Of a stretch of 64,000 bases of DNA, positions 1 through 10,457 are shown in pieces. The position numbers and the translations under genes are program-made. The notes under the pieces were generated by a model. The model was not told the origin of the DNA and searched no databases. It saw nothing but the letters and a program-made list of their open reading frames with translations. The first letter of the stretch is position 1. Each line of letters begins with the position of its first letter. The stretch covers positions 224,001-288,000 of the forward strand of contig CAVPSJ010000011.1 of NCBI GenBank assembly GCA_963708295.1, written 5' to 3'. Source of the DNA: an uncultured delta proteobacterium (GTDB lineage: Bacteria; Desulfobacterota; BSN033; UBA1163).

Positions 1-423
1 AAAACCCTTCAGGCCAATCGCCGTCTTGGTTGCACCTGGGTCTTTCATCGAGATGGGGAGGCTATCGGGAGCTTCAGAAAGGCATGGGCCAGCGCGTGTG
101 GCAAGGCGGGCATTTGCGAAGCCCTGAAAGGCGAAGAAGGCAAGCCGGTTGTGATCAGGAACAAGAAGGGTGAAGAGAAAGTAGTCATGGTCCCAACAAA
201 ACTCTTCCATGATTTCAGGAGAACGGGAGTAAGAAACATGGTAAGGGCCGGGGTCCCCGAGAGAGTGGCCATGATGGTCTCGGGACACAAGACCCGGAGC
301 GTCTTTGAGCGTTACAACATTGTCAGTGATCAGGGCCTTAAGGATGCTGCTAGAAAGATGCAGACCTACCATGAGAAGTTGAATTCACCGATGGAAACTG
401 AAGAAAACAAGCGCGCGAAGTGA
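1..423 (+). CDS. Tyrosine recombinase/integrase, C-terminal part (5' end outside the window)
   Basis: Frame is open from base 1; FRKAW...FHDFRRT (HxxR), SGHKT and ERYNI catalytic motifs; converges on the 3' end of a tRNA. Confidence 0.92.
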   Translation, partial: KTLQANRRLGCTWVFHRDGEAIGSFRKAWASACGKAGICEALKGEEGKPVVIRNKKGEEKVVMVPTKLFHDFRRTGVRNMVRAGVPERVAMMVSGHKTRSVFERYNIVSDQGLKDAARKMQTYHEKLNSPMETEENKRAK

Positions 424-550
424 TTCAATTCAAAGAGGCACAAAGCGGGTCAAAAAATTTTTTGACCTTTACGGGCACAGTTTAGGCACCAACAGGCGGA
501 ATGAGCAATGGATTCCAAGGGCACAAAATTGGAAGTTATTGAAATTAAAG

Positions 551-624
551 CGCCCCTGGCCTGACTCGAACAGGCGACCTGCGGATTAGGAATCCGTCGC
601 TCTATCCACCTGAGCTACAGGGGC
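551..624 (-). tRNA. tRNA-Arg(CCT), CCA end not encoded
   Basis: Reverse complement GCCCCTGTAGCTCAGGTGGATAGAGCGACGGATTCCTAATCCGCAGGTCGCCTGTTCGAGTCAGGCCAGGGGCG: 7-bp acceptor stem, D arm, TTCCTAA anticodon loop, GTTCGA T loop. Confidence 0.96.
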
Positions 625-634
625 AACTCAGACA

Positions 635-663
635 AATTTATGATTTTATTCCTTCTTCGTCAA
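635..663 (-). promoter_or_regulatory. Sigma70-type promoter of tRNA-Arg
   Basis: TTGACG-N17-TAAATT on the minus strand just upstream of the tRNA. Confidence 0.6.
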
Positions 664-735
664 GGGTATTTTTTACATTCCTTGACAAAGGATGCAAGGA
701 AAGGATATTTGAAATCTATTGGAGGAATAGATTTC

Positions 736-1424
736 ATGGATGAAAATAGAAACGAGATGATCAGGGATCTCAAATCTTATCTGGAATATCTCAAGGGAAT
801 GGGGATTGTTTCTCTCCCGGTTTCTGACGCAGTTTCCGAGATAAAGCCCGAGCGAACCCGGTCCATCTCGCATCATGACACTGGAGGAAGTGCGAAAGGA
901 ATTAGGGGACTGCAAGAGGTGCAAGCTCCATCGGACACGGCGGACGATCGTGTTCGGGGAGGGCAATGAAAAAGCAACCTTGATGTTTATCGGAGAGGGC
1001 CCCGGGTATGACGAAGACGTTCAGGGAAGACCTTTTGTGGGAAAGGCAGGTCAGCTCTTAACGAAGATTATCGAATCGATCAACCTTTCGAGAGAAGAAG
1101 TTTACATTGCCAACATCGTTAAGTGCCGACCTCCACAGAATCGAAATCCGGAGCCTGATGAGATCCAGAGCTGCAATCCCTTTCTGATGAACCAGATCCG
1201 TGTGATTCAACCCAAAATCATCTGTGCCCTGGGGACTTTTGCTGCTCAAACCCTGCTCAAGACCGATACTAAGATTTCAGCACCTCCGCGGGAAATTATT
1301 CGATCTCGAGGGAATCAAGGTGATCCCTACCTATCACCCTGCCTTTCTATTGAGGAATCCTGAACGAAAGAGAGAGGTCTGGGAGGACATGAAAAAAATC
1401 GCCGAATTACTACTCGCCCCATAA
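736..1424 (+). CDS. Uracil-DNA glycosylase family 4 (Fe-S), two apparent frameshifts (~870, ~1283)
   Basis: CKRCKL, GEGPG, GRPFVG, KCRPP, and TYHPA in the next frame; GGAGG RBS before ATG 736. Confidence 0.88.
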
Positions 1425-1443
1425 TAGAATAGACATCTGATTA

Positions 1444-1590
1444 ACCCCACCCCCACCCTACCCCTCCCCCTGAAGGGGAGGGCAAACGTTGTGTCCCTCC
1501 TCCCCCTGAGAGACAGGGAAATCGTAATGTTTCTCCCTCTGAAGGGGACGGAAATCCCTATGTTCCTCCCATTTCAAGGGGGAGGTTAGA
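1444..1590. repeat. REP-like palindromic repeat cluster (CCCTCCCC...GGGGAGGG type)
   Basis: Several short hairpins such as ccctccccc-tgaa-ggggaggg, tcccctct-gaa-gggga and cctccc...gggagg. Confidence 0.65.
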
Positions 1591-1826
1591 GCCTGACCCC
1601 GTACTCTACGGGGAGCGGGGATGCGATTATGTCTTCTTAATCATGGGCTCATTAGCAATACATCCGACCAGTAATTGATTTGACGGATAACGTGAAGCTC
1701 CCCGGCCAATGGGCGAGGAGCCTCACTCAATTACTACTTCAATTTATAAGAAACGAGTTCCGCATCATACATTCTCGATGTGGCCCAATAATTTGATTTT
1801 TCAAATTCTCGCTTTTATGTGTCAGG

Positions 1827-2232
1827 TTATTTCACTTTATTCAGATACATCGTTCCTTGATATTGTCCAGCTTTCCAATCCCCTTCAAATCTCATTTTAC
1901 CCTCGCCCTTCCGAAGCGTCAGAGTTACTTGATTATTCCCCCATGAAGTCATAAATCTGCCGTTTTCTATCCTGGCATAAAATGAACTGGTGTTGGGAAG
2001 TCCATTGGCACGATGCCACGTCCAACTCCCGCTCAAACCTTCGCCAAATATCTTCATTTCAATCGGCTGGGTGATACTTGGTGGCCTCCTCCTCATAATA
2101 CCCCTTCCATTCCCCTTTTAGGTCGGGCAGATCAGCTTGAGTAATAGGTTTTACTGGAGCAACAACGCAACTTGTTAAAGCCACCACAGCCAAGAAAGGA
2201 ATCAGCCAACCTAAAACCGTCCTCTTTTCCAT
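1827..2232 (-). CDS. Small lipoprotein of unknown function (frameshift ~2090)
   Basis: ATG 2232 with GAGGAGG RBS gives MEKRTVLGWLIPFLAVVALTSC (lipobox); continues in the 1827..2096 frame. Confidence 0.65.
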
Positions 2233-2452
2233 TTAATTTACCCTCCTCTTGTTTTATTTAGTCCTTCGTTAGACCTTTTGACATCATTTGACTAGGTCGG
2301 AACCTTTAGATTTCTGGGGACAAAAGGATATCACCTCCTTTCAGGGTCAGGTAATACCAATGAACTGTCATACTCCTCTTTGCCAAAGGGGGATAAAAAC
2401 CCCATAACTGAGGCATTACCTTTAGTTTCATTTTGCGATGTTCATTTTGAGA

Positions 2453-2504
2453 TTGACGCCATTTTAAGCATATGATATGGTTTGTGACGGTACGTACCGT
2501 CACA
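2453..2504 (+). promoter_or_regulatory. Sigma70 promoter with a perfect 22-bp palindrome (candidate operator)
   Basis: TTGACG-N17-TATGGT with TGn extension, immediately followed by TGTGACGGTACGTACCGTCACA (2483-2504). Confidence 0.65.
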
Positions 2505-2573
2505 TTTTTTTAATGACTTCCGGTCCTGACAAAAATCTCCCTGTCTTTTCAATGAGATTTGGGGCGGTGAAAA

Positions 2574-4795
2574 ATGGCGGGAAATGCCAGACCTCACTCC
2601 ATCACAATCGACCTCAATCAGTTCAAACTCCATATTGAACTCAAAAACAGGATTGAACTGACCCTTCATTTCAACTCGCCTTCTCGCAAATTTTATCTCT
2701 CCGTGATTGCCTTTGTCGTTAACGAGATGAAAAGATTAGGGGAAAATTACATCCATCCCTCTGGAAGGACATCATGACCTTCTTGCTTTGCTGAACGAAA
2801 CCGTTGGAGGCTCTGCCGGGTCATCAGAGACAGAGACCTTGCTGTCAAGGATCTACAGAAAATGGCAACATGCCCTGCCCAACCTGGAAGAGGCCCCACT
2901 TTTCGTGGTCCTCGGAAGGAAAAAGGGATATGAGGAAGGGATTGGCAAAACCTATCCCTTTACCGAGGCTGAAAAAGATAGCTGGGCAAATCTTTTTGAG
3001 TACAAAGGGAGCCATGAGAATGTCAGGCTTAAATTCGCCATAGATAAAATAGGAGCAACTTTAAATGACATTGCCATCATCTATGAGGACTCCTTGAACG
3101 GGGAGGCGTGGGAGAAGTTCATATCAAGTCTCAGAAGAGAAGAAGGCAGAACCTGATAAACCTGTTTCAGAAGAGCCTGAGGTTGCAGCTCCTCCGTTGG
3201 AAAGAAGGAGGACCTTATTGCCAGGCAGGTATCGCTGGGCGGCCCTGTTGGCCGCGGTCATTGTAGTTCTGGGAACGATCACCTTAGCGATCTGGAAAAC
3301 CTATTTAAAGCCTGATCCAGGGGATGTTGCTTCTATCGAGAAGATGGAATTCCCACTTCCGGATGAGCCCTCTATTGCTGTGTTGCCCATTGTAAACATG
3401 AGCGAGGACCCCAAGCAGGAATTCTTCTGCGACGGGATGACTGAAGGAATTATCACTGCCCTTTCCAAGGTACCAAGGCTGTTTGTGATCGCTCGAAGTT
3501 CGACCTTCACTTATAAGGGAAAACCGGTGAAAGTCAAGCAGGTCAGTGAGGAGCTTGGGGTTCGGTATGTGCTGGAGGGGAGTATTCAGAGGTCCCCTGA
3601 CCGTATCCGGATTAATTTGCAGTTGATTGACGCCCTCACAGGCCGTCACATCTGGGCGGAAAAGTACGATCGTGATCTGACAGACCTATTTGCAACACAG
3701 GATGAGATCACCATGAAGATCCTGACGGCTGTCCGAGTGAAGCTGACGGAGGGGGAAATAACCTCCGTGTACTCGAAATCCTTTAAGGGGAAGCACGATC
3801 TCGATTGCTATTTGAAGTTAACGGAAGCGAGTGGTTACCTCCCGCGTTGGAATATCGAGAATAGCAACTTGGCCCGCCGGATGGTAGAAGAGGCTATTGC
3901 TATGTGTCCAGAGAATCCGGGGGGTTATCTTCTCCTCGGTTGGGTCTGCTTTTACGATTATTGGCAGGGCTACACGAAGTCTCCCCGGGAGACTCTTGAA
4001 AAAGGTATAGAACTGGCCAAAAAAGCCCTTGCCACGGATGATTCGATAGCAAATGGCCACGCCTTATTGTGTGCGCTCTATAGGATGAAAGGGGATTTGG
4101 TCAAGGCGATTGCTGAGGGGGAACGGGCTGTGGCCCTCGGGCCCAGCCATGCGCCTGCCCTTAACAATTACGCCAATAGTCTAATCTCTTTATGGAGGTC
4201 GGAAGAAGCCATTCCCATATACCAAAAAGCAATCCGACTTACCCCCCTTGGTTTACACTATTTATATGACGGTTTCGGACGAGCCCTCCGGAATACGGGG
4301 AGGTTTGAAGAGGCGATTTCGGCATTTAAGAAAGCAATTCAGCTTGCGCCTGATAACCTTTTTTATCCTGTGGAACTGGCGGGTACGTACGTTATGATGG
4401 GCCGTGAGGAGGAAGCCATTCGACTTCTCCAAGAAGCAATCAGACTCAACCCGAATGCTCCGTTCCCCACCTTTGGATGGCTAGGCACTGCCCTGCGGAT
4501 TGCAGGTCGGTTTGAAGAAGCGGTTTCGGCATTTAAGAAAGCAATTCAGCTTGCGCCTGATCATATACCCACCCGTATAGGCCTGGCGACGACATACAGT
4601 TTGATGGGTCGAGAGAAGGAAGCCCGTGCTGAGGCTGAAGAAATCCTCAGAATAAATCCAAAGTTCTCACTAGATCACTATGCAAAAGAATGGCTTTTCT
4701 TTAAGGATCAATCTGAAAATGACAAAGTTCTCAAGGCCATGCGCAAGGCAGGCCTGAAGGTAAATATCCTATTTAATCTGGATGGGGAAGTTTAA
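2574..4795 (+). CDS. Probable single gene (two frameshifts): N-terminal wHTH-like domain + TM helix + TolB-N-like domain + TPR repeats
   Basis: ORFs 2574-2777, 2788-3156 and 3197-4795 join across frame changes; PSIAVLP...FFCDGMTE...YVLEGSI TolB-like motif; multiple TPRs; hydrophobic WAALLAAVIVVLGTITLAIW segment. Confidence 0.75.
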
Positions 4796-5662
4796 TTCGT
4801 ACCCCTTCTCGGTGAGTACGTCGACGACGGCAGAAGCCATATCCCGCATCAAAAGCTCCCAAATAGAAAATCTTTTCTTCGGGGGATAAAGGACGTTCGG
4901 TTTCCCTTCGATTCCCACCATCTTGGCAGTGATATCGATCGTATCCTGAAGGTTTCCCAGTTGATCGACCAGCCCCAGATTCTTAGCCTGTTCCCCTGTT
5001 AAGATTCGACCATCTGCGATCTGAGCGACTTTCGATCGATCCAGTTTCCTCCCATCCGCCACGGCCTGGATGAATTGCTGATGAACATTGTCGAGCACTT
5101 CCTGCATGATCCTCTTCTCCTCCGGAGTCATCTCCCGGAAAGGGGATCCGATATCTTTATGCTCTCCGCTTTTGAGCACCACTCCCTTGATTCCAATTTT
5201 CTTAAGAAGTTCTTCAAAATTTGAGAATTGCATGATCACGCCGATGGAACCGGTAATCGTCCCGGGATTGGCAACGATGAGATCAGAGGCACTCGCGATA
5301 TAATAGCCCCCCGAAGCCGCCACAGACCCCATGGAGGTAACCACTTTTCTCTTCGAGGTTGACTTGATCCTCATAATCTCACGGTAGATCTCCTGCGACG
5401 GGCCCACGCCTCCCCCCGGAGAATCAACCCTCAAAATGATAGCTTTGACCCCATCATCGGCGAGATATTGCTGGAGCTCTTCGATCACCCCGGAGGATTG
5501 GATGATCGCTCCCTTCACTTCCACAATGGCAATCTTATCGCCGAAGGCAAATCGGCTGCTTTTCCTCCCGGAATAGTGCCCTATAAAAAAAAGAATGACA
5601 AAAAAGAAAATGAGAAGTGCGGCAATGACACCCAACCCGATTAATATTCGTCTTCGCTTCAT
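4769..5662 (-). CDS. sppA: Signal peptide peptidase SppA (S49)
   Basis: RVDSPGG, AASGGYY and TGSIGV motifs; N-terminal TM. Confidence 0.93.
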   Translation of the reverse strand: MKRRRILIGLGVIAALLIFFFVILFFIGHYSGRKSSRFAFGDKIAIVEVKGAIIQSSGVIEELQQYLADDGVKAIILRVDSPGGGVGPSQEIYREIMRIKSTSKRKVVTSMGSVAASGGYYIASASDLIVANPGTITGSIGVIMQFSNFEELLKKIGIKGVVLKSGEHKDIGSPFREMTPEEKRIMQEVLDNVHQQFIQAVADGRKLDRSKVAQIADGRILTGEQAKNLGLVDQLGNLQDTIDITAKMVGIEGKPNVLYPPKKRFSIWELLMRDMASAVVDVLTEKGYELNFPIQIK

Positions 5663-5682
5663 GGGTCCCCTCCATGTATATC

Positions 5683-5872
5683 AAGTTACTGAGTTATTAG
5701 GTTATTAAGTTATTTGGTCATTGACTCACAAAACATCGCAAATCGCATAAAAAGATCCTAAAACCCGTTTATCATGTTTTAACCTTAAGATCAATAACCC
5801 AATGACTTAATGGCTTAATTATTTAATTACTCTATTACTCAATACCTTAAATTACTTTTATGACTCAATGAC
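5683..5872. repeat. Inverted pair of degenerate 8-bp tandem repeat tracts
   Basis: Left arm of GAGTTATT-like units, right arm of AATGACTC/AATTACTC-like (complementary) units. Confidence 0.65.
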
Positions 5873-5873
5873 T

Positions 5874-6614
5874 TCAAACGGGTGAAATGCGAATCGTCTC
5901 AAAGGCAGCCAGCTGGAAGATGCGGATGCGCTTCATCTTAACAAGTTCGAGAATGGCCAGCAACGTCACGACGACGAGCCTTCGAGAAGCCTCCTCCGGA
6001 AAGAGACGATGAAAAGCGATGCTTCGATTCTCCTTCTCAAGAACCGCTAATATTTCAAGAATCTTGGCCTCAACGCTGATGTGTTCCAAGACGACTTCAT
6101 GAACGGTTTCCGGTTTTACTTTCTTCAATACCTCCCGGAAGGCTTCGAGAAGCTCAAAAAGGTTCACCTCAATTCTCTCCTCCTCAGGCTCCTCTTCCGC
6201 CTCCGCAGGTGTCAGTCGGATGAAAACATCTCGCTCCAATAAAGGCATTTTCTCCATTTCGAGCGCTGCATTCTTGTATTTTTGGTACTCCAGAAGCCTT
6301 CGTACCAGCTCCGCTCTGGGATCCTCCTCTTCCTCCTCCTCCACCACTGAGGATTTGGGAAGTAACATTCTCGATTTGATGTGAAGAAGAGTGGACGCCA
6401 TCAAAAGGTACTCGCCGGCAACATCCAAATTGAGAACCTTCATCAGATGGAGATATTCCAAATACTGTTCTGTGACGAGGGAGATGGGAATATTGAAGAT
6501 ATCTAATTCGTTCTTCTGAATGAGGTGGAGCAGCAAGTCAAGGGGCCCCTCAAACCCCTCCAATCGGAAGGTATACTCTGATCTCTCCTCTGAACGCGAA
6601 TCCTCTGCAACCAT
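5874..6614 (-). CDS. scpA: Segregation and condensation protein A
   Basis: FEGPLDLLLHLI and EYLLMASTLLHIKSRMLLP motifs. Confidence 0.95.
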   Translation of the reverse strand: MVAEDSRSEERSEYTFRLEGFEGPLDLLLHLIQKNELDIFNIPISLVTEQYLEYLHLMKVLNLDVAGEYLLMASTLLHIKSRMLLPKSSVVEEEEEEDPRAELVRRLLEYQKYKNAALEMEKMPLLERDVFIRLTPAEAEEEPEEERIEVNLFELLEAFREVLKKVKPETVHEVVLEHISVEAKILEILAVLEKENRSIAFHRLFPEEASRRLVVVTLLAILELVKMKRIRIFQLAAFETIRISPV

Positions 6615-9256
6615 TATTCTATCCCCTGGGCCTTTGTGATATACTCCATTTCATCTTGTCGGGTGATCACGCGCTCATCCAATCTGGCATCGAGCAATCC
6701 CGACAAGACCTTTTTGATGGAGGGCCCTGATTTTATTCCCATCTGAATCAAATCTTTTCCTTTCAGGATGGATTTTGTATCTTTTAGTTGTGTGAAATAT
6801 AGGGAAATATACCGCCGGGTCGTCACCTGGCTGGTCTTGGCCATCATAAAGAGCTTTGATTCAACGGAAAGAGGGTCAAGAACACCGTAGATCTCCGACC
6901 GCTTTGGCCGTCGGTCCGTATTGATCCAAGAGTAGATCTGAAGGAGAACCTGGTCCGCATGAAGCTTCCCCTCTCTTACCCTCTTTCTGAGCCGATCATT
7001 CATAGCCAATCTTTGGCAGAGCCCCTCTCTTTCCTCCTCTTTGATGAAGTCCATGAGACCATAAAAATAGATCAGCCAACGCTCATATCGCTGCTCGAGG
7101 AAAAGAAGGTCAAACCAAGCGATGACATGATGGATCTGCTCACAAAGCGCCTCGGCCTGGTCATCAAATTGAAGGCTGGAATGGAGGAAATGGAAAAGAT
7201 TGAAATCCCTCATCCGTTTCAGGGCAGGAAGAGGATCTTCTTCCTGAAGGATCAATATGAGCTCCGAAAGAACGCGCCCCCCTGAGAGACGTTCCAAAAA
7301 ACCCACCTTGACCGCATTCTTCATCAGATTCTGGGTATGTTTTCCGATTTGAAATCCGAACCGTTGTTCAAACCGGATCGCCCGAAAGACCCGGGTAGGA
7401 TCTTCGACAAACGAGAGATTATGCAACACGCGGATCGTTTTTTCTTTGACATCTTTGACCCCTCCAAAAAAATCGATCAGTTCCCCAAACGCCTTTGGAT
7501 TGAGCTGGATCGCCAGGGCATTCACGGTAAAATCCCTCCGATAAAGGTCCATCTTGATCGAAGCGCTTTCCACCGTCGGGAGGGCTGCGGGAGACTCGTA
7601 AACCTCCCAGCGAGCCGTCGCAACATCCACTTTCAACCCATCGGGGAAGAGAATGATGGCCGTTCCAAATTTCCGATGTGTCCGAATCCGGCACGGGAAT
7701 TTCTTTTCGAATTCCTCGGCAAAACGGATCCCGTCTCCCTCCACCACGATATCCACATCGAAATTCTCTTCCCTCAACAAAAGATCCCTGACAAACCCAC
7801 CGACCGCATAGACAGCATATCCCAACCCATCCCCCACCCTTCCAAACTCCATCAGCAGGTTGTGGATTCGTTCGGGGAAACGCTCTTTCATCAATTTGGA
7901 AATCACCTTTTTCCGGCCATACAGAGGCAAGCTTTCAAAAAAAGAATCCCCTTTCTCCGATTTCATCATCTCCGTTTGAAGGACCCGCATCACATCCCTT
8001 GGAGAAATCGCCCCGACCAATCGATCCCTTTCGACGACCGGGAGGAGGCTCTGGTTTTGTCCGATGATGAGGGCCTGGACTCTCGAAAAAGGAGTTTCCG
8101 GGGAGACCACCGAAAATTCCGTTGTCATATATTCCTTCACCAAGGCGCTCTTGAGGCCATGATATTCCGCTCTCTCGACGACTTCTTTCGATATCAGCCC
8201 GATCACTTTCTCATGCTGAAGGACGGGGAGAATGTCCAGGTTATAACGGGTAAGTACCTCTCCGGCTTCCTCTAGAGTTCGCTCCGGCTCGATGGTCTTC
8301 ACCGGATAGACCATCGCATCCGATGCCACCTTCTTGGGCTTCACCATTTCGTTTAACATCTTGACCAATCGATCATGGGCCTCTACCAGTGCCACTCCTT
8401 TCACCGTTGCTGAGGCTGCGGTGGGATGTCCTCCCCCTCCAAATTCCGCGGCCACCTCTGAAACGTTCACCTCTTGCAATCGGCTCCTTCCAATCAAATA
8501 AACCCGGTCTTCCATCCTGACCAAGACGAACAGGACGTCCAGGTTCTCCATATCTTTCAGTTTATGGACCAGGACGGCAATATCTCCCACATACCGATCC
8601 ACGGAAGCCTGAGCGATCACCACATCGATCCCGTGAAAGCTGTATCGCGTGGCGGATTGGATTAGATCATTCAGCAGGAAGATTTGTTCTGCCGTGAGTT
8701 CCTTGGTGATTACATTCGAGAGGATGTTGAGATTTGCCCCCTTTCGAACCAAGTACCCAGCCGCTTTGAAATCTTCTTCCTTGGTTGAAGAAAAGGTCAG
8801 GTTCCCTGTATCTTCATAAATCCCCAGCATCATCAAGGTAGCTTCATCGGGTGTAATCTCAACCCCCCGCTTCTCAAGAATTCCTAAAAGGAGCGTCACC
8901 GTCGCCCCTACCTCGGAAATCACCTCCAGCGACCCATGGAGATCCTCAGGAGAAGGAGGATGGTGGTCATAGATGTGAACTTCTAAATCGGGTCTGGACA
9001 GAAGCTCTGCAAATTTTCCAATGCGACTGATCTGCCGAGTATCTACCAGGATGAGTCGTCTGACTTCCTGGAGATCGATATTCTTGATCCGCTCCGCCTC
9101 GAAAGAATAAAGGGTGGAGTGGATGAAGAAATCACGAAGACTTCTCTCTTGAGAACCCGGAAAGACCAAAACCGCACCGGGATAGAGTCTCTTCGCAGCC
9201 AGCATGGAGGCCATAGAATCAAAATCGGCGTTAATATGAGTGGTGATGACGTCCAT
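6614..9256 (-). CDS. DHH-CBS-PolyA_pol multidomain tRNA nucleotidyltransferase (A-adding type)
   Basis: THINADFD, DHH, GGGH, CBS pair, VGGFVRD, DLYRRDFT and EDPTR motifs. Confidence 0.9.
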   Translation of the reverse strand: MDVITTHINADFDSMASMLAAKRLYPGAVLVFPGSQERSLRDFFIHSTLYSFEAERIKNIDLQEVRRLILVDTRQISRIGKFAELLSRPDLEVHIYDHHPPSPEDLHGSLEVISEVGATVTLLLGILEKRGVEITPDEATLMMLGIYEDTGNLTFSSTKEEDFKAAGYLVRKGANLNILSNVITKELTAEQIFLLNDLIQSATRYSFHGIDVVIAQASVDRYVGDIAVLVHKLKDMENLDVLFVLVRMEDRVYLIGRSRLQEVNVSEVAAEFGGGGHPTAASATVKGVALVEAHDRLVKMLNEMVKPKKVASDAMVYPVKTIEPERTLEEAGEVLTRYNLDILPVLQHEKVIGLISKEVVERAEYHGLKSALVKEYMTTEFSVVSPETPFSRVQALIIGQNQSLLPVVERDRLVGAISPRDVMRVLQTEMMKSEKGDSFFESLPLYGRKKVISKLMKERFPERIHNLLMEFGRVGDGLGYAVYAVGGFVRDLLLREENFDVDIVVEGDGIRFAEEFEKKFPCRIRTHRKFGTAIILFPDGLKVDVATARWEVYESPAALPTVESASIKMDLYRRDFTVNALAIQLNPKAFGELIDFFGGVKDVKEKTIRVLHNLSFVEDPTRVFRAIRFEQRFGFQIGKHTQNLMKNAVKVGFLERLSGGRVLSELILILQEEDPLPALKRMRDFNLFHFLHSSLQFDDQAEALCEQIHHVIAWFDLLFLEQRYERWLIYFYGLMDFIKEEEREGLCQRLAMNDRLRKRVREGKLHADQVLLQIYSWINTDRRPKRSEIYGVLDPLSVESKLFMMAKTSQVTTRRYISLYFTQLKDTKSILKGKDLIQMGIKSGPSIKKVLSGLLDARLDERVITRQDEMEYITKAQGIE

Positions 9257-9273
9257 AACTTTTAGGAAAAAGG

Positions 9274-9406
9274 GAAGAATGGAATGATGGAGTATTGGAA
9301 GATTGGGTTCCTCATAAACAAACTGATGTTTTGTCTTTTATCACTCCATTATCCTGGGTATCTCTTCCCCATTGCTCCAGTATTCCAGTACTCCAATATT
9401 CCAGCA
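9274..9406. repeat. Inverted 8-bp tandem repeat tracts (GGAATGAT / TATTCCAG type)
   Basis: ggaatgatggagtattggaagattgg ... attgctccagtattccagtactccaatattccag. Confidence 0.65.
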
Positions 9407-9407
9407 A

Positions 9408-10295
9408 TTACCCTCTCGGGTGATAGCGCTTGTGGACTTGTTTTAGTCTCTCTCCGGTCACATGGGTATAGATCTGGGTCGTAGAGATATCCACATGGCC
9501 CAGCATCATCTGAACCGATCGAAGGTCCGCCCCCCCTTCCAGAAGATGACTGGCAAAGGAGTGGCGAAGAAGGTGCGGGGTAATCCTTTTATGAAGACCC
9601 GCTCTTTGGGCATAATTCTTAAGACTCTTCCAGAAACGCTGCCGGCTCATCCCTTTTCCCGAGCGGTTGATAAAAAGGATCGGACTGTCCTTCCCCTTTG
9701 AAAGGACTCCGCGACCAGCCTTTAGGTAGAGCGCAACCCATTTCATGGCTTCGCTTCCGAGTGGAACGATCCTTTCCTTTGAACCCTTTCCATAAAGAAG
9801 GACGTATCCTCCCTCCAGGCTGACCTGATGAGTCGGGAGGTGGGTCAGCTCGGAAACCCTCATCCCGGTGGCATAAAGCATTTCCAGCATCGCCCGGTCT
9901 CTCACTCCGAGAGGGGTCTGAACATCGGGTTGCTCCAATATCCGTTCAATCTCCTTCAGGCTCAAGATCTCCGGCAATGTTCTCGCGACCTTCGGAGATT
10001 CTAAATTCTCCAGAGGATTGGCTTCTAGTATTCCTTCTTGAATCAAGAAACGAAAAAAACTCCGGACGGCCGACAGATTTCTCACGATGCTTTTTGCCCC
10101 CAGTTTCTTCTTTTTGAGGGCCAGGAGAAAACCCTGAACGTCAAATTTGCCAACCTCCCGGATGTCCCGAATCCCTTTTCCCCTCAAGTGATCGAAGAAC
10201 CGAGTCAATCCGTGTCCGTAGGCCTCAATCGTATTTTGGGAAAGGCCCTTCTCAACGACGAGATAATGAAGAAACTGATCCAAGTATTGGTCCAT
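9408..10295 (-). CDS. xerD: Site-specific tyrosine recombinase XerD
   Basis: LYATGMRVSEL, GKGSKER and PHLLRHSFASHLLEGGADLRSVQMMLGH...TTQIY. Confidence 0.95.
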   Translation of the reverse strand: MDQYLDQFLHYLVVEKGLSQNTIEAYGHGLTRFFDHLRGKGIRDIREVGKFDVQGFLLALKKKKLGAKSIVRNLSAVRSFFRFLIQEGILEANPLENLESPKVARTLPEILSLKEIERILEQPDVQTPLGVRDRAMLEMLYATGMRVSELTHLPTHQVSLEGGYVLLYGKGSKERIVPLGSEAMKWVALYLKAGRGVLSKGKDSPILFINRSGKGMSRQRFWKSLKNYAQRAGLHKRITPHLLRHSFASHLLEGGADLRSVQMMLGHVDISTTQIYTHVTGERLKQVHKRYHPRG

Positions 10296-10351
10296 GATGA
10301 TTCTTTAATCATGAAAGGAAAACAAATGGAAAATCAATAAATGCTGTTATA

Positions 10352-10457
10352 CCGTCATCGCTTGTCATTGCAAGCGATCCCGCCTTAGCGGGAGAGCGCG
10401 GCAATCTTAATTTTGAAACGTTGAGATTCGCTTCGTGGCTTCGCGCCTCGCAATGAC
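10352..10457. repeat. GTCATTGC...GCAATGAC palindromic intergenic repeat
   Basis: tgtcattgcaag ... ctcgcaatgaca terminal inverted repeat with an internal tcccgc-ctta-gcggga hairpin. Confidence 0.7.

Noticed and set aside
4200-4570. Diversity-generating retroelement TR/VR pair
   Set aside because: Both copies are in frame within one TPR gene, the differences are not adenine-specific, and there is no reverse transcriptase
5683-5872. CRISPR array
   Set aside because: Degenerate 8-bp periodicity only; no constant repeat-spacer pattern and no cas genes anywhere in the window
7337-8275. Long antisense ORFs (also 18151-19062, 31228-31935, 58949-59599 and others)
   Set aside because: Shadow frames opposite well-conserved genes, with no recognisable motifs
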